Positions 9,373 to 18,306 of a stretch of 64,000 nt of DNA are shown here, in pieces. Under the pieces are notes generated by a model, which had not been told where the DNA came from, did no database searches, and saw only the letters and a program-made list of their open reading frames with translations. Source of the stretch: Propionibacteriaceae bacterium (GTDB lineage Bacteria; Actinomycetota; Actinomycetes; Propionibacteriales; Propionibacteriaceae). Position numbers and translations under genes: made by a program. The stretch is from NCBI GenBank assembly GCA_031261485.1, contig JAISJO010000100.1:4491-68490 (forward strand), given 5' to 3'. How positions within the stretch are numbered: position 1 is the stretch's first letter; each line of letters begins with the position of its first letter.

Positions 9373-10302
9373 ATGGGAAAGGTCATCGTCATCGCACCGC
9401 GCGGGTACTGCGCGGGGGTGGACCGGGCGGTCGCCACGGTGGAGCGAGCCTTGGAGATACACGGGCCTGGGGTGTACGTCCGGCGCGAGATTGTACACAA
9501 CAAACATGTCGTTGATTCTCTGCGCGCGAAGGGCGCCATCTTCGTGTCAGAGGTCGAAGAAATCCCGCCGGGTTCGGTCGTCGTCTTCTCCGCCCATGGG
9601 GTTTCCCCGTCCGTCCGTGACGCTGCGGCGGCACGCGGGCTCCTGACCATCGACGCCACCTGCCCCCTGGTCACCAAGGTACACAAGGAAGCGAAACGCC
9701 TGGCCAACTCAGGAATGGAGATTCTCCTCATCGGGCACGCGGGCCATGAAGAAGTCGAGGGGACCAAGGGCGAGGCGCCCGATTCCATACGCCTTATCGA
9801 GCGCCCCGACGATGTGGACGCCATCGAGGTCGCCGACCCCTCCCATGTCGCGTGGCTAAGTCAAACAACATTGTCCGTAGATGAGACGCGGGAGGTCGTG
9901 GCCCGCCTGAGGGACAAATACCCGAACCTGGCCGACCCTCCCAGCGAGGACATCTGCTACGCGACGAGCAATCGCCAAGGAGCGGTCAGAGAGGTCGCCC
10001 CCGGTTGCGACCTGATGCTGGTCGTCGGATCGGCCAACTCGTCCAACTCCGTGCGCCTGGCCGAGGTCGCCGAACATGCGGGCGCAGGCATGTCCCACCT
10101 CATCGACGACGTGTCGCGGATCGATCCAGCCTGGCTGACAGGCGTCGAGGTCGTAGGTGTCACCTCTGGGGCATCCGTCCCCGAGTACCTCGTCCAAGAG
10201 GTCGTCGAATACTTGGCCGAGCATGGATACGCCGATGTAGAACAATATCGTTGCGTAGAAGAGACACTAACCTTCTCCCTCCCACCCCAAGTCAGAGGGT
10301 AA
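9373..10302 (+). CDS. ispH: 4-hydroxy-3-methylbut-2-enyl diphosphate reductase
   Basis: [30 protein letters not shown] and GSANSSNS are IspH/LytB signatures. Confidence 0.92.
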   Translation: MGKVIVIAPRGYCAGVDRAVATVERALEIHGPGVYVRREIVHNKHVVDSLRAKGAIFVSEVEEIPPGSVVVFSAHGVSPSVRDAAAARGLLTIDATCPLVTKVHKEAKRLANSGMEILLIGHAGHEEVEGTKGEAPDSIRLIERPDDVDAIEVADPSHVAWLSQTTLSVDETREVVARLRDKYPNLADPPSEDICYATSNRQGAVREVAPGCDLMLVVGSANSSNSVRLAEVAEHAGAGMSHLIDDVSRIDPAWLTGVEVVGVTSGASVPEYLVQEVVEYLAEHGYADVEQYRCVEETLTFSLPPQVRG

Positions 10303-10352
10303 GACACGCCACCTCCAAGGGTGTGGGAAGCATCACACGCGCAGGCTGGGGG

Positions 10353-10499
10353 CAAGGCGTGGACAGCATGTCTCATGTGCAGGTCGTTACGCGAGGCGAT
10401 GGCTGCGCCATCTTATCGCCTCGCTCCACTATGGGCACCCCAAATCGGTGGGACGATTTGAGCCCAAGCCTGCGCATGAGACATGCTGCCCACGCCTTG
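10353..10499. repeat. 147-bp element bounded by 31-bp inverted repeats (29/31 complementary) with an internal 10-bp-stem hairpin
   Basis: The left arm is caaggcgtggacagcatgtctcatgtgcagg (10353..10383) and the right arm is cctgcgcatgagacatgctgcccacgccttg (10469..10499). An inner gcgaggcgat...atcgcctcgc hairpin is present. Confidence 0.85.
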
Positions 10500-10525
10500 G
10501 GGTGGTGGAGAAGGTCGAAGCCTAC

Positions 10526-12649
10526 CTATGTCAGCAGGTAGAACTCGTTACCCGGAAGCATGAAAACGAAGGTGGAACCGATGATTCGTGGAGGTGTCTT
10601 TGCTGGCACATTCCACAGGGTGGGGAAGTCTTTGGACTTCGTGTCGTGGGCCGTCAGGGTGAAAGCGTAGGCGTCCCAGGTGTACAGCACACGCTCGCCA
10701 GCGAAAACAGCGTCAACGCGGTCGAAGGTGGTGGCGACCGCATGGGAAGAGGAATCAACAACGATGACCGTATGAGAAACGAGGTCGTAGACAACGACGT
10801 ACTTCCCCACTGCGGCGGCCGGCTGTCCGCTCACTGCCTCTGCAGTCCAGTCGAGGGCGCCAGAGCCCAGGTGATAGGCGTTCAAGGCGCCATCGACTAC
10901 CGCATAGATGCGACTGTCATCGGTGAAGAATGACGAGGCCAGCAGTTCGTTCTTCCATAATGGCTTGTCAGAGGTGGTATTCCACTTTGTGAAGGAGATG
11001 GAGGATGGGCGGGTCCTCTGCCAAGTCGCGCGGAAGACATTACCTTGGTTGTCGGTCGTGTAGGACGTACACACCCCTGTTGCCTCACAGCCGATATCGA
11101 CTCCGAACGAGGCAGGTTGCCCGTCTGCGACTCGGAGATAGCCACCTTGGGCGCAGGTCCATTGCCCAGCGAGGATGCGTCCTGTGCAGGTCTCGCTGAA
11201 GTATGGTTCAGCGACATCTTTGGTCCATGCCAGATCGCCAGAGTCCTTGTATGCGACGAGTCGGCCATCACCGCTCTCTTCGGTGTACAACAAGACAGTG
11301 TCGTTTGCATATCCCAGGACGACGGAGGCTGCGGGGATGGTGACCAGACCGGCTGTGGCTCCGTCCGCAACGGACAAAACAAGGAGCGCCGAAGGCTGTC
11401 CATCCTGGGATGGGCGTACAAGCATGGCGACTTTGCCCTGGCCGTTGGGAGCGGGGATGGACGGCAGGAAGGCTTGAGAAAGACCGGTGTCGGCCAGATC
11501 GAAGGTCCACACGATGGAAGCGTCGGTCAGGGAGAATCCGACGATGCGGGAGGTCTGTGCCAACTCGACGGGGGCATGGGCTTGGGTGGCTCCGGGCGTG
11601 GCGTCGACACCATCAGTGAAGCCGTCGTGATAGCCAGCCTTGGAAGAGAAACTGGCGAGAGAGCCGATGTACTTGCTGAAGCAATACGTGGGGAGGTTGG
11701 TGGACCAGAGTATCCATCCGAGGGGATCACTGATGCGGTTGGGCTGGGGGGTCGCCTGACAACGGGTGCCATCAGCCAGTCCGGCGGCGTAGTCCTCGTC
11801 ATACCCCTCGTACCAGGTCGCGTCCTGATTGTCTTGCGCATACTGGGCGAAGTCCACGTTGGTGGCGACCAGTCCCACCTTAGTGGAGCCAGCGTCGAAC
11901 AGGGTGGAGTGATAGTAAAAAGCGAACTGGGGGTCCATTCCGACTGTCGCCAGGACGGGTGCGGTTTGTGTGGGCTGATTGAGTAGGTCTGGGACGACAC
12001 TGTCGGAGTTGGGAGAGGAAGTCACGAGGGGGCGCACAACGAACCATCCGATCAGAGCGAGAACGAGCACAAGGATGACCGCACCGCCAAGGATGAATGG
12101 CCAACGCCTCGGTAGGGTGAGGCGACGTTCCTTGGTGGGAGGGCCAGGGATGGGTGTCACAGCGGGCGTGAAGGAGATGTTCTGGGGTGGGGGGAATTGT
12201 TGGGAGTCCCAGGTGGCTCCCTGCGGCAGTCCTGTGTTGTAGACAAAGGTGGGCGAAGAAGGGCTCGGACCTTGCGCCGACGCTTGGGGCGGGGAGAGGG
12301 GAGCACCAGCGACGACAGAAGCATTGCTGTTATCTTGTTCCGATGGCGGGACTGGAATCGGAGCCGACGATTCGGCGGGTCGAGGAGGCGCCATGGTGGG
12401 CGAAGAGTCTTTGGAGACAGGTGCGGCCGTCGATGCCCTCTGTGCCAAAGCAGCATGCACCTCGTCATCTCCGACTTGGTCGAGCCAGTCGAGCAGAGCG
12501 GGATACGCATTGCGGTGCCGGGCGATTCGCGTCCACAAACCAGGTTGCGCCAGGGCGATTGCCATGAGGTCAGCGGCAGGGGTCGCTGGGTCGCGTACTG
12601 CCACCGTCGCGGTGATGAGATCGCTGAAGTCGGGCATACCCTCTCCCAT
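10526..12649 (-). CDS. membrane-anchored protein: cytoplasmic helical-repeat N-domain, Pro-rich linker, TM, Cys-pair module and PQQ-like beta-propeller ectodomain
   Basis: I take the start at MGEGMPDFSDL (12649). A TM span (WPFILGGAVILVLVLALIGWFVV) is present. It shares the module WYEGYDEDY...C...C...GYHDGFTDGV with the adjacent paralog, followed by repetitive beta-strand-rich sequence. Confidence 0.72.
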   Translation of the reverse strand: MGEGMPDFSDLITATVAVRDPATPAADLMAIALAQPGLWTRIARHRNAYPALLDWLDQVGDDEVHAALAQRASTAAPVSKDSSPTMAPPRPAESSAPIPVPPSEQDNSNASVVAGAPLSPPQASAQGPSPSSPTFVYNTGLPQGATWDSQQFPPPQNISFTPAVTPIPGPPTKERRLTLPRRWPFILGGAVILVLVLALIGWFVVRPLVTSSPNSDSVVPDLLNQPTQTAPVLATVGMDPQFAFYYHSTLFDAGSTKVGLVATNVDFAQYAQDNQDATWYEGYDEDYAAGLADGTRCQATPQPNRISDPLGWILWSTNLPTYCFSKYIGSLASFSSKAGYHDGFTDGVDATPGATQAHAPVELAQTSRIVGFSLTDASIVWTFDLADTGLSQAFLPSIPAPNGQGKVAMLVRPSQDGQPSALLVLSVADGATAGLVTIPAASVVLGYANDTVLLYTEESGDGRLVAYKDSGDLAWTKDVAEPYFSETCTGRILAGQWTCAQGGYLRVADGQPASFGVDIGCEATGVCTSYTTDNQGNVFRATWQRTRPSSISFTKWNTTSDKPLWKNELLASSFFTDDSRIYAVVDGALNAYHLGSGALDWTAEAVSGQPAAAVGKYVVVYDLVSHTVIVVDSSSHAVATTFDRVDAVFAGERVLYTWDAYAFTLTAHDTKSKDFPTLWNVPAKTPPRIIGSTFVFMLPGNEFYLLT

Positions 12650-12702
12650 AGTCAGCTTCCAGCATACAGTCCCTGGCCGTGCCCTCAGGTTCAGCAGGCA
12701 GA

Positions 12703-14433
12703 CTAGGACAGGACGCGGACGATTCCGGAATCGCCCCAGACGAGGAAGACGCGGGACATGAGGGCGAGGTGCTGTCCTTGCTGCATGGTCAGGGTCCACG
12801 CATTGGCCACTTGAGACTCCACGATTCTCCTGGCGGACAAGCTCTGAGATTCTGGGTTTGAGAGGTAGACCATGCTGGGGCCCAAGAAGACCTGCGGTCC
12901 CGAACCCACGGCAGTGACTTCCCCCGTGTCCAAATCGAGGGCCGACACCTGGTTGCCGCTACCTTCCACGATAAGACTGCGACCGGCTATGCCCAGGATC
13001 GTTCCTGACAGACTCGGCGTGCCAATCTTCTCCGACCACGCGGATTTCCCGCTACCGAGGATATGCGCACCGATCGGGGTCCCCGATGTGTACACGATGG
13101 AGTCATAGACAGTCACGAAAGGCGAACTGACGAGTAGGGGTGTGCCCCAGACGTTCGTGTTCGTCTTCACATCGATGAGCGCGAGAGTGTGTGCTGTTTC
13201 GTCGTATCGGAAGACCGACCCATCGCTGGACTCGACGTAGGACACCGTGGCCGAGGAATCTCCACCAAAGGAGGCTTTACGCCCATCCATGAGCGCGACG
13301 TAGCCGTCACCAGTGAACACCCAGTCATCGCCAATGACAACTGCTGCTTGTCCCTCATAGTCGGGAGAGACTCTGTTTGGGCTGGTCCACAGTGGCGTCC
13401 CCAAGTTGGACAGCGCCGTCGTTCCAGTCGCTCCCGTGATGACCAGAATCGAATCGACAAAGGCCAGAATCTGAGCCGTGGGATCGGGCCATGCGATGGC
13501 GCCTCCCACGGCTCCCGTCGTGGCGTCCAGGATGACAAGCTTGGTCACTGGGGTCTGGGTCTCGTCGACGCCGGAGACGAGGAAGGCGATGCGTCCCTTG
13601 CCGTTGGCTGCGATGTGGGTGTTGGGCGCTGGGTCAGAAGGTTTGACTGCGCTCTGGTACGTCAATCTCTTCAGGGAGGGCCACGTCACGCCCAAGTCTT
13701 CCAAAGTGTACGTCCACAGCGCGCGCCCGTCTGCCAAGGCGAAGCCCATCAGGAACGAACCCTGTTCTAGTACTTCGCGCCGGTTGACTTCGTGTACACC
13801 GGGCGTGCCTTGCACCCCATCGACCCAACCCGCGCGATAGCCCGAAGTCGCGTCGTTGCTGTACTTCTCGGCGTCGCCCAAAGAGGGATTGGCGAAACGA
13901 TTACAGAATGGGAACTTATAGTTGTTGGTTACATCAGCCTCGGGGGTCCACGCTCCCCAAGCGGCGTAGTCCCAGTACGGAGGTTCTGGGACACCGGCAC
14001 ATGCTTGTCCAGCGGCGAAAGCGTCGCTGTAATCCTCGGCGAACCCCTCGTACCACCCAGCCGAGGGATGGTCGAGCTCGAGTTGGTTATAGTCTCCCTG
14101 GGAATAGGTCAACCCAATCCCAGCGGTGACAGGGTCTTCGGCCGTATTCGTGTAGTAGTAGCGGTCCAGGTCCTCGACCTTGCCCAAGATATTCGTGCCA
14201 GCCGAGACAGACGGGTTTTGAGCCAAGTCGGGTCCGGGATTCTTGGGTGGGGCCAGCGGTTCCGGTTGGCGCAGGAGGAACCACCAGGCAGCGACTCCGC
14301 CAGTGACAAGGACTACGACGATAAGGAGCACAAGCAGGAATACCCACCAACGTCGGCCTTCTCGTTCCGGCTCTTCCTCGTTGGTTTCTTCGATGATTCC
14401 CCTGCGCGGGGCATCTGGCTCCTGTCCCGACAT
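12703..14433 (-). CDS. membrane-anchored PQQ-like beta-propeller protein, paralog of 10526..12649
   Basis: An acidic N-terminus precedes a TM span (WWVFLLVLLIVVVLVTGGVAAWWFLL). The module WYEGFAEDY...C...C...GYRAGWVDGV is followed by propeller-like repeats (ALWTY, PLWTS, NVWGT). Confidence 0.72.
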   Translation of the reverse strand: MSGQEPDAPRRGIIEETNEEEPEREGRRWWVFLLVLLIVVVLVTGGVAAWWFLLRQPEPLAPPKNPGPDLAQNPSVSAGTNILGKVEDLDRYYYTNTAEDPVTAGIGLTYSQGDYNQLELDHPSAGWYEGFAEDYSDAFAAGQACAGVPEPPYWDYAAWGAWTPEADVTNNYKFPFCNRFANPSLGDAEKYSNDATSGYRAGWVDGVQGTPGVHEVNRREVLEQGSFLMGFALADGRALWTYTLEDLGVTWPSLKRLTYQSAVKPSDPAPNTHIAANGKGRIAFLVSGVDETQTPVTKLVILDATTGAVGGAIAWPDPTAQILAFVDSILVITGATGTTALSNLGTPLWTSPNRVSPDYEGQAAVVIGDDWVFTGDGYVALMDGRKASFGGDSSATVSYVESSDGSVFRYDETAHTLALIDVKTNTNVWGTPLLVSSPFVTVYDSIVYTSGTPIGAHILGSGKSAWSEKIGTPSLSGTILGIAGRSLIVEGSGNQVSALDLDTGEVTAVGSGPQVFLGPSMVYLSNPESQSLSARRIVESQVANAWTLTMQQGQHLALMSRVFLVWGDSGIVRVLS

Positions 14434-14439
14434 GATTGC

Positions 14440-15201
14440 CTACCGTCCTCGCATCGCCGAACGTGCGCCCTTCATGTTGGGCAGGGGACCCTTGGGCAGT
14501 GGTATGCGGGGTCGCGCCTCATCGAGGGCTTTGAGGCGGGCCTGTATCTGCGTGACCTCGGCGCCTTTGATGACCTTGGGCAGCTTGCGGATGTACTTGT
14601 CCAACCTGTTGAGTGGGACCTGATTGGGGGCGTCGCCCATGACGATGGCAGTGACCGGAACGGCGTACTTGATGGATTCGTGCCTCTTGGTTTCGGTGTT
14701 CAGCATTTCGCGCACACGCCCAGCTGCACCTTCGCCAACGAGGACGATGCCAGCAGGACCTACCGCGCGATGGACAATGTCTTGATAACGATTGACCGCG
14801 ATGGCTGGAGTCTTCACCCATGCCTTGGGCAGGAGATTCAGGCCCACTTCGGCTGAACCAGGCTGGCCCTTGTACCGGATGAACATGGCAATCTTGGCTC
14901 GCCACGACAGGATGTACATCGCAGCGAGAAGGCCGAACATGACCCCGATGACAGTCCACATCCACCAAGGAGTGAGCCACAGCAAGCCGACGACCGTGAA
15001 GATGGCGACGCACGCGATGAATCCACCCACCATGAGCCAGACGGCTGCCTTGTCATTCTCCCGCGTGACGCGGAAGACTTCCTTCATCTGGCGTATCCGT
15101 CCCCAGTCCGCTGGGTTGTCGGAGTTTTTCTTCCGTAATTTGGCGGCCTTGACCTCTGCCTTCTGTTCAGCAGCCAGTTTCTTTGCGGCTTCGCTTGCCA
15201 T
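14440..15201 (-). CDS. DUF4191 family membrane protein
   Basis: A Lys-rich N-terminus, the motif RIRQMKEVFRVTRENDK and two TM spans give an architecture typical of actinobacterial DUF4191 genes found next to sucB. Confidence 0.8.
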   Translation of the reverse strand: MASEAAKKLAAEQKAEVKAAKLRKKNSDNPADWGRIRQMKEVFRVTRENDKAAVWLMVGGFIACVAIFTVVGLLWLTPWWMWTVIGVMFGLLAAMYILSWRAKIAMFIRYKGQPGSAEVGLNLLPKAWVKTPAIAVNRYQDIVHRAVGPAGIVLVGEGAAGRVREMLNTETKRHESIKYAVPVTAIVMGDAPNQVPLNRLDKYIRKLPKVIKGAEVTQIQARLKALDEARPRIPLPKGPLPNMKGARSAMRGR

Positions 15202-15215
15202 ATGTCTCCCGTGTG

Positions 15216-18116
15216 TCAGAACTCAGCGCCGAAGTCTCCGACTTCGAGGCGCGTCTTGATTGTACCCAAGAATTGTGCGGCATCCGAGGTGCCAATAACG
15301 CGATGGTCGTACGACAATGACAAATACACCATATCTCGGACCGCCACAATCTCGCCCAAACGCGGATCGTCGACCACAACAGGACGCTTGACGACGGAAC
15401 CGACCGACGCGATGCCAACTTGAGGTGTGATGATGACCGGGGTGTCCATGAGGGTGCCAGACCTGGAGTGGTCGACCAAGGAGAAAGTTCCTCCCACAAG
15501 GTCGTTTTCGGCAATTTGTCCCGCAGATGCTCGGGTGGCGAGGTCATGGATGCGCGAGGCGAGTCCGGCCACGGAAAGGTCGCCGGCATCACGGATGACC
15601 GGGAATGCCAATCCTTGAGGTGTGCTCATGGGGAGGGTGAGATGCTCGGCACTCGCGTAGGTGACAGTGCCTGCGTTGGAGTCAATCGTCGCATTGAACA
15701 TGGGGAAGAGTCTCAGTGCTTCCAGGATGGCCTTGGCGACGAAGGGAATGTACGTCAACTCGAAACCATGCCGGGCAAGGAAAGCAGCACTCGCCGACGT
15801 GCGCAGCCGTGCAATCGCGGTGACATCAGCTTCGACAACGGATGTCAGTTGGACTGGACCGCTCGCAACTGAAGCGGTGCGACTGGGCGTCAGAGGTTCA
15901 ATCCTGCCCGAGGTGGTGGCCAAGGCAACTGCAGAAGGGGGAGGGAAGACCTGAGGGTCGGTCAAGTCAACTGGCTCGACGAGGTCGCCGGATTCGCTGG
16001 TTTGGTCGGCCTTGGCCGGTTGTGCGGCGTCAGGAACCGAATCGGTCTCGGGAACGACTTGCGTGGTCTGATCTGGTTCGGCAGCAGGCTTGTCTGGCTG
16101 GTCCGGTTGTGTCGGGATGGGTTCCGTTGGTTCGGCTGACGGTGTTGTCGAGTCGTCTGGAGTTTCGCCTTGCTCGACCTCTTCCGGAGTGTCCGGTCGA
16201 GACACGGGAGCGATTCCGTCGTCTATCATGTCAGGCACGTCGTCTGCGTCCTTGGTCGGTTGGGCTGTTTCTTCCGCTGCGGATTCAGGTTCGGCTGACT
16301 GGTCTGATTGTGTCTGGTCCGATGTGTCGACCACCGTGTCTGTCGTCTCCTTTGATTTCTCAGGTTTCTTCGTGTCTTCTGCGGTGTCTTCGACTTTCTC
16401 GGGTTTCATGGTGTCTTCCACGACCACGGTTTCCTCCTGCGCAGAAAGGTCTTCCTTGGTTTCCGCTGCCTCGGCCGTTTCCTTCGGTGCCGATTCCTGG
16501 GTCGACTCTGTCGTCTCTTCCTGCTCGGAGATTTCCTCCACGAAGTCCTTCGTTTCTTCGCCCTTGTCGGTGCTCAGGACACCATCATCGGCAGTGTCTT
16601 TGTCAGTGCGAGGAGGTAATTCGCGTGCCGCCGCCTCTACGTCTTTCTTGCGAATCCTGCCACCGACTCCAGTGCCTTGTATGGTGTCCAAATCGACGCC
16701 GCTTTCCTTGGCAAGTTTGCGCACCAGCGGAGTGATGTAGGGGCCGGAAGCCACGGGCGGGACGGCCTTCGGGGGCTTCAGAGGCACCGGAACAAAGCGG
16801 GTGTCGGGAGTGGTGGATGCGCCCTGGGATTCGGGAGTCGGACCTGGGAAGGTAGGCGGGAAATCTTCGGCGGCAACTGTGGCAGTGGCCTGCGTCGCAG
16901 TCGGTGTCTCCAGCGTGACACCTGGCTGGTCGGACGCGGAAGGCGCGGTGGGTACGTCGGAAGCGGCGAAAGAAGTCAGTGGCTGCGTCAGGGACGGTTC
17001 CATCACAATCTCGGGAATCGGGTCGGCCACGAACATGTCAGGGGCGGACGGGGCTTGCGCAGGCTGCGTTGGAGGCACAGGGGCAGGCGGGACAGGCTCG
17101 CTGAGGGGAGGCGCGGGTGGCGGCGGGGGTGTGAGCAGGGCTGGCGTTGGAGACACCTGTGGTGTCCTGGGCAAGGTGACCGTGTCTGCCACGGTTCCGC
17201 CCCAGGGCGCCGCACCTGTGCCCGCAGTGTAAGGAGAGGGTGCATCAGCGCGAGGCGTACCACCGTGGGAGAGATTGCTGGACACAGACGAGGAAAGTGG
17301 ACTGACTGGAGAAGTCGGCACACTCACTCCAACTGGCCCGGGAGGGGTTGGTAAGCCGGAGGCATGGGTGGCGACTTGGTGGAAGTCTGGCATGACCAAG
17401 GGGCCGGGAGAGGGCGAGGGCGCAACGGCGGGAGCGGGCCCGGAAGGTCTCTTGTCGTCCGTGTGGGAATGATTGGAGTTGCCGCGTTGAGATCCTTGAT
17501 TGGGATTGGTCCATGCCGACGGAAGACCGACAGGGGAAGGGCTAGGCATCACCGGGGCGTTGGACCCGGCCAGTGTGCCACCAGTCGCCCTAGGCGTCGG
17601 TCCTGAAGGAAGGGGAGTCAGCGGCGCGATGGGCCTTGAATCCTGGCCAGCGGGGACAGGAGAACCCGGCGCGAACTTCCCAGCAGGAGGTGCGGGCAGA
17701 GAAAGGCCAGGGGGCGAAGCCGGACGTGGTGGGGCAGGGTCGGCCAGCGGAATGCGCAGAGAACTCAGTGTGACTGGTTCCGCAGTCTGGGTAGCGCTTG
17801 GGCCCTCGAAGCCACTGGGATGCGCGCCAAAAACGGAGAAATCGGAAGGCTCAAAAGGGGAGCGCGATGACATCGACACAGGGTCACCCACGACAGCAAG
17901 GATGGTTCCCACACTGACCACTTGGTCCTCGTGAGCGCGGATTTCGAGTATGACGCCGGTGGCGGGGGAAGGAATTTGGGCATCGACCTTGTCGGTGCTG
18001 ACTTCCACAATCGGCTCGCCCTCGGCGACAGGGTCACCCACACGTTTCAGCCAACGCGAGACAGTACCCTCGGTGACGGATTCTCCGAGAAGCGGCAGTG
18101 TGACTGCGGTGGACAT
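15216..18116 (-). CDS. sucB: dihydrolipoyllysine-residue acyl(succinyl)transferase E2 with two giant disordered linkers
   Basis: Contains a lipoyl domain (VEVSTDKVDAQIPSP), a PSBD (PYITPLVRKLAKESGVDLDTIQGTGVGGRIRKKDV) and a catalytic domain (SLSYDHRVIGTSDAAQF). GGAG lies 5 nt before the ATG at 18116. Confidence 0.85.
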   Translation of the reverse strand: MSTAVTLPLLGESVTEGTVSRWLKRVGDPVAEGEPIVEVSTDKVDAQIPSPATGVILEIRAHEDQVVSVGTILAVVGDPVSMSSRSPFEPSDFSVFGAHPSGFEGPSATQTAEPVTLSSLRIPLADPAPPRPASPPGLSLPAPPAGKFAPGSPVPAGQDSRPIAPLTPLPSGPTPRATGGTLAGSNAPVMPSPSPVGLPSAWTNPNQGSQRGNSNHSHTDDKRPSGPAPAVAPSPSPGPLVMPDFHQVATHASGLPTPPGPVGVSVPTSPVSPLSSSVSSNLSHGGTPRADAPSPYTAGTGAAPWGGTVADTVTLPRTPQVSPTPALLTPPPPPAPPLSEPVPPAPVPPTQPAQAPSAPDMFVADPIPEIVMEPSLTQPLTSFAASDVPTAPSASDQPGVTLETPTATQATATVAAEDFPPTFPGPTPESQGASTTPDTRFVPVPLKPPKAVPPVASGPYITPLVRKLAKESGVDLDTIQGTGVGGRIRKKDVEAAARELPPRTDKDTADDGVLSTDKGEETKDFVEEISEQEETTESTQESAPKETAEAAETKEDLSAQEETVVVEDTMKPEKVEDTAEDTKKPEKSKETTDTVVDTSDQTQSDQSAEPESAAEETAQPTKDADDVPDMIDDGIAPVSRPDTPEEVEQGETPDDSTTPSAEPTEPIPTQPDQPDKPAAEPDQTTQVVPETDSVPDAAQPAKADQTSESGDLVEPVDLTDPQVFPPPSAVALATTSGRIEPLTPSRTASVASGPVQLTSVVEADVTAIARLRTSASAAFLARHGFELTYIPFVAKAILEALRLFPMFNATIDSNAGTVTYASAEHLTLPMSTPQGLAFPVIRDAGDLSVAGLASRIHDLATRASAGQIAENDLVGGTFSLVDHSRSGTLMDTPVIITPQVGIASVGSVVKRPVVVDDPRLGEIVAVRDMVYLSLSYDHRVIGTSDAAQFLGTIKTRLEVGDFGAEF

Positions 18117-18306
18117 GACCACTCCTTCCTTTAAGTCACAAGCCTACAGCGTGACTCCATTTCGCGCCCGTGCGATACAGATTTGTGGTGGTGTTCGGGT
18201 GTGCGAGAACTCGTGCTGGCAAGGGCATTGGCTCTTCTCTCAGGTAGGGATGGAGGTTGATGCGTACACTATCTTCAGTCGAGTTGAGGCTTTTGATGGG
18301 AGTTGT

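Noticed and set aside
13792-14856. 354-aa plus-strand ORF
   Set aside because: It is antisense to the beta-propeller paralog and the DUF4191 gene and has no recognisable motifs.
15842-17354. Several 200-300-aa plus-strand ORFs
   Set aside because: They lie opposite the low-complexity linker DNA of sucB. Their Ser/Arg/Gly-rich translations mirror the Pro/Thr/Glu-rich linkers and are not independent genes.
17950-18306. N-terminal 119-aa extension of the gcvT ORF
   Set aside because: It overlaps the sucB 5' end on the other strand, and GcvT homology starts at MSLVSSPLEGVHKALGAKF (ATG at 18307).
18123-18306. Possible glycine riboswitch upstream of gcvT
   Set aside because: I looked for the conserved glycine-aptamer cores (GGAGAG...ACCGAAGGGGCAA-type) and did not see them. 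An Infernal scan would be needed to exclude it formally.
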